Shown here piece after piece: positions 33,322 to 41,445 of a stretch of DNA of 43,784 bases. Source of the DNA: a virus (taxonomy: Duplodnaviria; Heunggongvirae; Uroviricota; Caudoviricetes); the IMG/VR virus record IMGVR_UViG_3300042946_001496; one strand, 5' to 3'. A program made the position numbers and the translations under genes. Within the stretch, counting starts at the first letter, position 1. Each line of letters starts with the position of its first letter. The notes under the pieces were generated by a model. It did no database searches, was not told where the DNA came from, and saw only the letters and a program-made list of their open reading frames with translations.

Positions 33322-36195
33322 TTAAAAAAATTCTAAATAATCCTTAAAAGAATAACTTTCTTTCATTGCTTTGGCTGCAGCACCAGCAATTAAAGCTCTA
33401 ATTTCTTCATCTATTTCTTGCATCTTCTTTTGTGCATCAACAATTTTCTGAATTAATGATTCATCAACTTCTTTTTCTTGATATTCTTTTCTGTATTTTT
33501 GAATCATTTCTGCAAGTTTTCTTTTTCTTTGAACAACAGTAAACAACTCAGTATCTAGACCATCTGTTAATGTGTATGTTATATTAACAGGATGATTGGT
33601 GTTAATTCGATAAATTCTTCCTTCGCTTTGTTCTGCACTTTCTGGCGTCCAGTCAAAATCATTAATAATCATGTTTTGACTAGCGTTGGGGAAACTTATT
33701 CCTGTTCCACCCATTTTCATACTCATTACTAAAGCTTTTGTGTTTGGGTCATTTGTAAAAATATCCTTAACCTTTTCTCTTTCAGATTTTTTTGTCATAG
33801 AAAGATATGTCAAAACTTTAAAATTAGGGTCTATTTCTTTTAACTTACTTGAAAGTTTTTCATAAATATTTTTTCCAGGATTTGTAAAATTTGTAAAAAT
33901 TACAACCTTGCTGGCGGCATAATTATTTTCTGGTTTTTTTAAATTTTTCTTAACAATATCAACTGCTGTTTCTACTGTGTGATCTACTTTAAGATTGGCT
34001 AATATTTCTCTGCTAGCTATTAGCTCGCTTATCGCCAGATCAGGATCTTTGTAGCCTTTTAGTTTTTCTCTTAGATCTTTTTCAAATTTATCTTGATCTA
34101 TTGGGGTTGCAGATGTTCCTACGCTAAGATTTGGCATTTCTCTTAATTCGTCTTTTGTTCTTCTCACATACACACCAGAAAGATTTAGCCATTTATTCAA
34201 TTTTTCTGCTGCACGAATTCTATCTTCAAAAGTTCCTTCTGTATAGGATCCTCTATACCCACCAGGAACCATGCCTGCAAAATCTCTCTTAAATTTACTC
34301 TCAGATATTTTTCCAAGTGGATGCCCAACCATAACAAGTTGGTTTCTAACATCCATTGCTCTATTTGCACTTATTGTTGCACTTGCTCCCCACTTATAAG
34401 GGATATTATCTGTTGCATCTTCAAGATTTTGACTTCTTTTTGAAGTTGAGTGTTTTAGTTTATGCAATTCATCAAATATAACAACAGCATAGCCTGCATT
34501 TTTTGTAGTCTCTATAATTTTTTGTAAGTTTTTACCACTTGAAAAATTATCATAATAAAGAACGGTCCATTTTTTTGGGTCTAATCCATTTTCAGATATT
34601 TGAGCATTTGCTCCTATTACATTTTTTATTTCTTCAACCCATTGTTTTTGAACAGCCTTCAAAGTTAACACAAGTGTTTTTGAATTAGATCCAAGATCTT
34701 GCATCTTTAATTCAGCCGCAGCAATCGCAGTGATCGTTTTCCCGAAGCCCGTCTCGTCACCAAGTATTGCGTTGTTTCTTCCATGTAAAAATGCAATTCC
34801 ATCTTTTTGTTTATCATAAATTTCAAATTTACATTCAGGAAGTCTTTCATCAATTTTTTCTTTAAAATTTTCAGAAACCTTTCCTTCATAGTCTGTTCTG
34901 TCAAGACCACCACCGGCGAGTTTTTTAGTAACTATGGTTCTTAGGTCTTCAACGTGGTAGCCGAATTTTTTTAATATTTGTCCAAATGAAGCATATTGTT
35001 TAAAGTTGCCAGATACGATATATGCATAATTATTTCCATCCCATTCATAACCTGGGAATGAATACTGCACCAGTTCTTTTAAAAACGCTTTTTGATCTGG
35101 GGAGATCCTTGCATATGGTATATTCACTGTCATGGAGTTTTTGGTTCCATTGCTCGAATCACTAAATTTAATAATAGGTTTAGCTGAAACAACGCTCTCA
35201 GGTTTTTTCTCAAAACTTATTTCTTTTTGACTATCTGATGAGAATAGTTTGTTGTCTTCAACAAATTTATCTAAAACAGAAACATCTACTTTTCCATCAA
35301 TTAACTTTTGCTTAACAGTGTTATAAAGATCAAAACTATCTGCTGCTATTAAAAATTTAGGAGGTCTTCCAGCAACATAACCATACCCCCTAGGGACTAA
35401 GTTTGCTGCTTTCATGGAATCATAGATTGCTCTACTTTTGTCATAATCTACATTTAACTGTATAGCAATTTTTTTGCCTTGACTTGTTTCTTCAATTCCA
35501 ATAATGTTTATTTCTTGAGATGGAGCTGATTTTTGGCTTGATGATGATGAATCAGCAGTAGCAGAAGATGCTAAGGACGCACCAGAAACTCTATAGTCTA
35601 ATCTTGTCTCGTTTTTTATAAGACTTAAAACATCATCTATAACATCTTGATGAATATAATATGTATTTAATTGATTTTTATCTGTGTTAAAGTATTTAAA
35701 AACAGGATAATCCATTGCACCATAATTATTTTTAACTTTAACTAATCTCTTTTTTTCTATAATTAAATTTTTTATTTTCGTTACTATTTTTTTATCAATT
35801 CCACCTGGGACATATACTTTTATTTTTCCGTATTGTCTTGCTGCATCTGTGTGGACAACAATTTCTTTTGAATCTTCTATTTTTAATGAATCTTTTATAT
35901 CTTTTTCAACAAGTTCTTTTATTCGCTTATAATCTGTTATTTGTGTGTTTTGATATCTTGCCAAAATTGACAATATATTGTTAGCCATTACCACAGGAAT
36001 AGCTGATTCTGAATACTTTGGATCTGACGTTATTGTCAAATATGATTTATAATGAATTTTATTAAATCCAGTAAAATCATCTTGTACAGGAGCTCCTCTT
36101 TCAAACATATTTTCAAAAGTTCTTTTAAGAAGAGTTATTCCGGGACCAGAAACTAAATTTTCATTATTTTCAATGAGGAATTTTATTGATTTCAT
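33322..36195 (-). CDS. SWI2/SNF2-family helicase/ATPase with long N-terminal extension
   Basis: Likely start ATG 36195 (MKSIKFLIENNE); GDETGFGKT, VIFDELH, GASAT, RRTK, VVIFTNF, GGTGISF, EQSEGRIYRI. Confidence 0.9.
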   Translation of the reverse strand: MKSIKFLIENNENLVSGPGITLLKRTFENMFERGAPVQDDFTGFNKIHYKSYLTITSDPKYSESAIPVVMANNILSILARYQNTQITDYKRIKELVEKDIKDSLKIEDSKEIVVHTDAARQYGKIKVYVPGGIDKKIVTKIKNLIIEKKRLVKVKNNYGAMDYPVFKYFNTDKNQLNTYYIHQDVIDDVLSLIKNETRLDYRVSGASLASSATADSSSSSQKSAPSQEINIIGIEETSQGKKIAIQLNVDYDKSRAIYDSMKAANLVPRGYGYVAGRPPKFLIAADSFDLYNTVKQKLIDGKVDVSVLDKFVEDNKLFSSDSQKEISFEKKPESVVSAKPIIKFSDSSNGTKNSMTVNIPYARISPDQKAFLKELVQYSFPGYEWDGNNYAYIVSGNFKQYASFGQILKKFGYHVEDLRTIVTKKLAGGGLDRTDYEGKVSENFKEKIDERLPECKFEIYDKQKDGIAFLHGRNNAILGDETGFGKTITAIAAAELKMQDLGSNSKTLVLTLKAVQKQWVEEIKNVIGANAQISENGLDPKKWTVLYYDNFSSGKNLQKIIETTKNAGYAVVIFDELHKLKHSTSKRSQNLEDATDNIPYKWGASATISANRAMDVRNQLVMVGHPLGKISESKFKRDFAGMVPGGYRGSYTEGTFEDRIRAAEKLNKWLNLSGVYVRRTKDELREMPNLSVGTSATPIDQDKFEKDLREKLKGYKDPDLAISELIASREILANLKVDHTVETAVDIVKKNLKKPENNYAASKVVIFTNFTNPGKNIYEKLSSKLKEIDPNFKVLTYLSMTKKSEREKVKDIFTNDPNTKALVMSMKMGGTGISFPNASQNMIINDFDWTPESAEQSEGRIYRINTNHPVNITYTLTDGLDTELFTVVQRKRKLAEMIQKYRKEYQEKEVDESLIQKIVDAQKKMQEIDEEIRALIAGAAAKAMKESYSFKDYLEFF

Positions 36196-36242
36196 AATTT
36201 TATCTAGTTGATTTAGTTTTATTTTTAAGCTAAAATTTAGCC

Positions 36243-36812
36243 ATGAATTTAAAAGACGTAAAAATAGAAAAAACATTTTTTGATGGCAAAATTAAAAATA
36301 TATACCATGTAACCATACAACCGGATGAGTATGAAATATGCTTGGTTGCTGCTAATAATATGTGGTGTAGCCAAAATAAAGGTCATATTAATTCTGAGTT
36401 TGATAAAAAAAAAGCAGAAAGAATTGGTCGAATAGGAGAGATGGCATTTGGAAAAATGTTCAATTTGCCAATTGACATCGAATATCATGAATACGGTGAT
36501 ACTATGGACTTTAATTATAAAAATAATAAAATAAACATGAAGTGTGCGACCAGATACCCAAAATATGAAGCAGGTTTAATTAAAGTTCGTAATAATAAAG
36601 ATGAAGAAATAAAATTAAAACAAGATTTATATGTATTTGGCTATTTAAAAAATGAAAACAGACAAAATAAAACAGCGTGTGCGGTTTTAATTGGATATCA
36701 ACATAGAGACTTTATTCTCGCTAATAATAATGAAAAATTTGCAAAACTTGGAAATCATTATAATTATGAAATAAATTATTCTGATCTAATTGATATAAAA
36801 GAAATCTATTAA
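36243..36812 (+). CDS. PD-(D/E)XK-like nuclease-fold protein, possibly inactive
   Basis: GRIGEMAF...DTMDF...INMK. Confidence 0.5.
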   Translation: MNLKDVKIEKTFFDGKIKNIYHVTIQPDEYEICLVAANNMWCSQNKGHINSEFDKKKAERIGRIGEMAFGKMFNLPIDIEYHEYGDTMDFNYKNNKINMKCATRYPKYEAGLIKVRNNKDEEIKLKQDLYVFGYLKNENRQNKTACAVLIGYQHRDFILANNNEKFAKLGNHYNYEINYSDLIDIKEIY

Positions 36813-37525
36813 CTTACTTCTATCATATAAAGATTTATATCATATACGCCTGTTTCTGAAATTGATATTACTTTTTCAGTTATATAAAAACCAGATTGTT
36901 GTAGTTTTATTTTAAAAGAAAAAGGAAGTTCGTTAGTTTGTTGTATTTGTGGATCTAGAGCCAAATTTAAAGAATTGTTTATTATTCCATAAGTCGAATC
37001 TCCGGTTGTAAAACTTATCAAAGATTTTGAATATGAAGTGCTTCCCCAAAGTTCATCTGTTATTGTTACAGTCGGAGTTAGCTCTATTGGGCTTGGATAA
37101 GGATTTATTATTTTAAAAATAAAAAATGTATTAAATAAATCATTATATTTATTTAAATATAATTTGGGATATACATTTATTTTTTCGTCATTTCCAATTG
37201 TTACTGGGCTTTCAAATTTATCGAACCAAAGGACTTCTTCATTTAAATTTTTAACAAAATGTCCTTCTACAACTATTGGTTCTGCTCCATTATTGGTCCA
37301 AAAGACTTCTTGGTTATAAGTTTTTGTGGAATAATCCTCTTCTTGAATCGATGTTCCCCAACTACCTGAATCTAGTAAAAATGGCGAATATCCATTAAAT
37401 GAAGGCTCACTAAAAGAAGGATTGTCTTCATTCAATTCAATAGAATTAGTAAAAAGACAAGCATAAGTGTCAAAACTTGATATTTCATCTAAGAGCAGTG
37501 GTTTGTTTACAATTCTGATTGACAT
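36809..37525 (-). CDS. Hypothetical protein (possibly virion)
   Basis: ORF track; ATATAT element upstream. Confidence 0.65.
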   Translation of the reverse strand: MSIRIVNKPLLLDEISSFDTYACLFTNSIELNEDNPSFSEPSFNGYSPFLLDSGSWGTSIQEEDYSTKTYNQEVFWTNNGAEPIVVEGHFVKNLNEEVLWFDKFESPVTIGNDEKINVYPKLYLNKYNDLFNTFFIFKIINPYPSPIELTPTVTITDELWGSTSYSKSLISFTTGDSTYGIINNSLNLALDPQIQQTNELPFSFKIKLQQSGFYITEKVISISETGVYDINLYMIEVS

Positions 37526-37587
37526 ATAAAAATATATATTGAATCTATATTCAAAAAAGGTTAATATTAAATATTAGGAGATTAAAA

Positions 37588-38046
37588 ATGAAAGATCAAA
37601 TTAATTATTCCTGGGAAGATTTTAACAAAGATGTATTTCTTATAAACTCAAAACTGTATAAAGAAAATTGGTTGCCTGATTGTGTGGTAGGCATAAAAAG
37701 AGGTGGATTAACTCCTGCTGTTGTTTTGAGTCACTTTTTTAAAAAGCCAATGTATACAATTACTACTCATCAAAACAAAAACGGATCAAAAATTTTTGAT
37801 TCATATGATATAGAAAAAAATTTAAGTGGTTGTGATCTCACAAAAATACTAATAGTTGATGATATTTGTGACACAGGAGAAACTTTTAGACAAATATCAG
37901 AAATGAACTTTTATAGTAGTTTTAGAAATATAAAATTTTGTTCAATGTTTTATAATATAAGACAAAATTTTATTGTAGATTTTTATGCTAGAAAAATAGA
38001 TAGATATAACGACAAAAGTTGGATTGTTTTTCCTTGGGAGGCATAA
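37588..38046 (+). CDS. Type I phosphoribosyltransferase (Gpt-like)
   Basis: VGIKRGG..PA, PRPP-binding loop ILIVDDICDTGET, WIVFPWE. Confidence 0.88.
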   Translation: MKDQINYSWEDFNKDVFLINSKLYKENWLPDCVVGIKRGGLTPAVVLSHFFKKPMYTITTHQNKNGSKIFDSYDIEKNLSGCDLTKILIVDDICDTGETFRQISEMNFYSSFRNIKFCSMFYNIRQNFIVDFYARKIDRYNDKSWIVFPWEA

Positions 38047-38226
38047 ATGTTAGGTCTTTTATTATTAATTGTAACAATAATCTCCGGTCTGTATTGGTTA
38101 CATCTTCAGAGACAGAAAAAATCATTGATAGTTATTAGCGGAGTTTTACTTACAATAGTATCTTTGATATTTTTAACTTCAGCAATATGCACTATATTTA
38201 ATTTTATATTCAGGTATATAATTTAG
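38047..38226 (+). CDS. 59-aa two-helix membrane protein (not in ORF track)
   Basis: Read by hand: MLGLLLLIVTIISGLYWLHLQRQKKSLIVISGVLLTIVSLIFLTSAICTIFNFIFRYII*. Confidence 0.55.
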   Translation: MLGLLLLIVTIISGLYWLHLQRQKKSLIVISGVLLTIVSLIFLTSAICTIFNFIFRYII

Positions 38227-38485
38227 TTATTTTTACTACCAAGTTTCCATCGCCTTTTATAACTCTGTGAAAAGTTTCTTTAGGAATAAAAACTTTTCCC
38301 TCTAATTTTTTAGGCAATTGATTATCAATTTGTAAAAACCAATTTTTATTATTTAAAACTTCAACAATTCTATCTTCTTTATCTCGATGCCAAATAAGCT
38401 CTGCTGGGTCGATGTTTTCATCAAACTCTCGGATAGAAACGTTTTTTTCTAAGTGATCTTCTTTAAAGGGAAATTCCATCACCAA
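38210..38485 (-). CDS. Cupin-like small protein
   Basis: WHRD...IPKETFHRVIKG. Confidence 0.6.
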   Translation of the reverse strand: MVMEFPFKEDHLEKNVSIREFDENIDPAELIWHRDKEDRIVEVLNNKNWFLQIDNQLPKKLEGKVFIPKETFHRVIKGDGNLVVKITKLYT

Positions 38486-39066
38486 TACTTTCCTTTGTCA
38501 CGAGTGCCAAGAGACTTCATTCTGTGTGACCTGCAACTCCAATAACCAGGGGTTGTTCGATCTTTCTTTTGAGCACATTTGTGTCTAGCAGCAAAGCTTT
38601 TTCTTCTTGCTGGATTGCTGGCTCTTATCTTCATGTTTGGATCACCAAAACGAACTTTTTTAATTTTGCCTGAGCCGGATCTGACATAGACAGCGAACTT
38701 TTTCTTTTCTCCTGGAGTTCTGAATGGTCTTCCAATTGTTACCTTTTTACCTTGATACTCAGCTTCGTTTATTTCTTCTTCTTCTTCTAAAAAAGGAGCA
38801 TCTAAATAAACAATTTGACCTTCGTATTCTGCAGTTTCTCCTAAATCGCTTTCAAGTAAATCTGCGTCTTCATCGCAAACCTCTAAAAGATTGTTTTTAT
38901 AAAGATTTTTAGCTTCTTTGATTAAAGAAAAATAAGAATCGCTATAAATTCTAAATACATTTTCAGATAGTTTAATATTATTGTCTATGTGATATTTTAA
39001 GTTTTCACTAATTTTTTGATTAGATAATAATACTAAATTAGCTTCGTAATAATTTTTAAAGTTCAT
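38479..39066 (-). CDS. Conserved large-phage protein with capsid-targeting-like N-terminus and basic C-terminal domain
   Basis: MNFKNYYEA; KKFAVYV...KVRFGD...SFAARHKC...YWSC; exact TATAAATA upstream (39073-39080, minus strand). Confidence 0.75.
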   Translation of the reverse strand: MNFKNYYEANLVLLSNQKISENLKYHIDNNIKLSENVFRIYSDSYFSLIKEAKNLYKNNLLEVCDEDADLLESDLGETAEYEGQIVYLDAPFLEEEEEINEAEYQGKKVTIGRPFRTPGEKKKFAVYVRSGSGKIKKVRFGDPNMKIRASNPARRKSFAARHKCAQKKDRTTPGYWSCRSHRMKSLGTRDKGKYW

Positions 39067-39098
39067 GATAATTATTTATACACACAGTATATAAAAAT

Positions 39099-39941
39099 AT
39101 GGATAATTTTAAGAAATTTATACTAAACGAAATGCCCATATCTAAATTTCAATTATTAGGACAATGGGGTCCAGAAGCAAAAAGAAAATATGGATATAGC
39201 CATCAAGATATAAGAATATTAGAAAATCCAAAAGCAATAGAAAAAATATATAGACATTGGGGAAATAGCAAGCATAGTTTTGATTTATATTTTTTAAGAA
39301 GCTCCTCTGGCATGAGGCATGTGGAAGTTGGAGAAGTTTCACCAAAATGGGTTGAAGATAATTTAAAAATAAAAATAGATCCAAAAGAAGATTCAATAAC
39401 AGTTATTTTTACTAACAACACAGGAACAGAAAAAGTTCCTTTAACTGCATGGGGTATGGCTCACAGATTAGGGCATGTTATAAAAAATGACAGTACATTT
39501 GAAAAATATTTTTCAAGAGAAATAGAAAAAGATTTTTTTGAAATATTAAGATATGTTTATGGAATCGATCCCTCGTCATATTCTAGCAATTATAATCGTG
39601 TTGGCTTTATGGAAACAAACAGAGCATTAAAATATTTATTTTCGTCTGTTGGGAGAATGAAAAGTGCCAGAGAAAATAAATTAGTCAGTAGGTATGAATT
39701 TGTGTATGAACTCGTTGCCCAATACATAGTTACAGGAAAAATAACTTTCAATGATCTTCCTAGATCTTTGATCATGTCTAAAAGGCATGCTTGGGGCAAA
39801 CCAAATTATTTAACAAAGAACATTACAGACGAAATAGCTTATAGAGAATATAACGAGCTTTTACATAACTATGCTTCAAAATATGAACTTCATCTTAATT
39901 CTGTTTTTAATGGATTAGAAGGTAAAATGTTTGTAATGTAA
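39099..39941 (+). CDS. Hypothetical protein with capsid-targeting-like N-terminus
   Basis: MDNFKKFILNE; AHRLGH and YELVAQY could form a zincin-like site (weak). Confidence 0.7.
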   Translation: MDNFKKFILNEMPISKFQLLGQWGPEAKRKYGYSHQDIRILENPKAIEKIYRHWGNSKHSFDLYFLRSSSGMRHVEVGEVSPKWVEDNLKIKIDPKEDSITVIFTNNTGTEKVPLTAWGMAHRLGHVIKNDSTFEKYFSREIEKDFFEILRYVYGIDPSSYSSNYNRVGFMETNRALKYLFSSVGRMKSARENKLVSRYEFVYELVAQYIVTGKITFNDLPRSLIMSKRHAWGKPNYLTKNITDEIAYREYNELLHNYASKYELHLNSVFNGLEGKMFVM

Positions 39942-39944
39942 GAT

Positions 39945-40373
39945 TTAGTATTTGTATCCTCTTACAATTTCTTCTTTTGTGATATTTGCTTTTTTAAAGA
40001 ACTTTAAACTTGACTTTGTATGTGGACAAACTTTAATTCCTTTGTATTTATATCTTTTTTTGGCAACCTCTTTTGCTTTTTGCAAAATCCTTGTTCCATA
40101 ACCTTTTCTTCTATATTTTGTTTTAACATATATATATGTTCTTACATTTTTGCTATGTTTAGAAAGAAAAATATCTAACATAGCCCAACCAATTAAATCT
40201 TTACTTATATTTTCAAATAATGCAACTGCAATATAACTTTTTATTTTTCTTTTTCTGCAGAGCTTTACGCCTTCTCTCATGTAGTCATCACCCAAAGGAG
40301 TCGATGCAACAAAAGTTCTATAGAGATGTGCAATTTTAGTTTTTTTAAGATCGGACACTAACCAAACACTCAT
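39945..40373 (-). CDS. GNAT-family acetyltransferase
   Basis: Motif A YVKTKYRRKGYGTRIL. Confidence 0.78.
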   Translation of the reverse strand: MSVWLVSDLKKTKIAHLYRTFVASTPLGDDYMREGVKLCRKRKIKSYIAVALFENISKDLIGWAMLDIFLSKHSKNVRTYIYVKTKYRRKGYGTRILQKAKEVAKKRYKYKGIKVCPHTKSSLKFFKKANITKEEIVRGYKY

Positions 40374-40786
40374 TTTTTTCTTTTCTCCAAATGTCTTTTA
40401 ATTTTTATTCTATCTTTTTTTTCTAACATATCTCTGTCTAGTTCCCAGTGATGATTTTTACAAAGAGCAACAAGATTGCTCAAATTGTTTATTTCACTAA
40501 TTAAATCTTCTTCTGAAAAAGAACAAACATCTTTTATGTGACAAACATCAAAATGTTTAAAATATTTGCAAACAACGCACTCTCTGGATAGTCCACTTGC
40601 TAAATATCTTCGTCTAGCGTCTTCTCTGATTCTATTTCCTCTGCTTTCTGATCTTTTTTTATTTTGAGTTGCTTCTTTTTTTTGTTTTATTCTAAAGCAT
40701 ATTTTGCAATATGTGTATTTTGACGCTATGGGTTCTTCGCAATTTTTACAAATCTTTTTATTTTTTAATTTAGCTTTCATGAACAT
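40370..40786 (-). CDS. HNH endonuclease-family protein
   Basis: CVVC...CHIK...NNLSNLVALCKNHHWELD; N-terminal CxxC...CxxC. Confidence 0.85.
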   Translation of the reverse strand: MFMKAKLKNKKICKNCEEPIASKYTYCKICFRIKQKKEATQNKKRSESRGNRIREDARRRYLASGLSRECVVCKYFKHFDVCHIKDVCSFSEEDLISEINNLSNLVALCKNHHWELDRDMLEKKDRIKIKRHLEKRKK

Positions 40787-40848
40787 TTATCTTATCTCAA
40801 AACAAACACCAGTTCAATATATAATTTATCGACTGATTGGAATCTAAA

Positions 40849-41400
40849 ATGCCAACACCCACACCCACACCCACACCTCAAGCAGTAACAATAATATTAA
40901 AAAATTATACAGAGTTAGAGTGGAAAAATCTTAATCCTATTTTATCTGTTGGTGAGTTTGGATATGAGAATGATACTGGATTTTTAAAAATAGGTGATGG
41001 TTTAACAAGATGGAATTTATTAGATTATTCTTGCAATCGGATAGTAAGTTGTCCTACACCTACACCCACACAAACACTTGAAGTTAACACTTTATTTGTT
41101 CTTTGGGAAGATTGTTATGATTCTTCAGAATTAACACCTAACCAATTTGGTTGTTTTGATATTTGTGGAAGTGAATCTGTTTGCAAAAGTGCAAATTATT
41201 ATTTTCAAAATTCATTTTCAGAACAAAATGATACATCACCAGATTTTGTTCCATACAATGAAAATTATAATTTTATCTGTGATGTCGTGGATGGAAACAC
41301 CACAATAGTTTTAAGACTTGAAAAAGGAAATGGCTTAAAACTAGATTTTAATAAGTGTGAAAATACTTGTTATTGCACTCCAACCCCGACACCTAGTTAA
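40849..41400 (+). CDS. Second Mtd-N-like fibre anchor protein with PT repeats and Cys-rich C-terminus
   Basis: EW..LNPIL..GEFGYENDTG.LKIGDG..RWN.L; paralog of 31894..32298. Confidence 0.75.
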   Translation: MPTPTPTPTPQAVTIILKNYTELEWKNLNPILSVGEFGYENDTGFLKIGDGLTRWNLLDYSCNRIVSCPTPTPTQTLEVNTLFVLWEDCYDSSELTPNQFGCFDICGSESVCKSANYYFQNSFSEQNDTSPDFVPYNENYNFICDVVDGNTTIVLRLEKGNGLKLDFNKCENTCYCTPTPTPS

Positions 41401-41445
41401 TTTAAAATTATAATGATTAATTTTTTATAAAATTATATATACTGT

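Noticed and set aside
36809-37525. Host assignment from resemblance to proteins recalled from Planctomycetota prophages
   Set aside because: Recollection only, not verifiable without a search; no host is claimed
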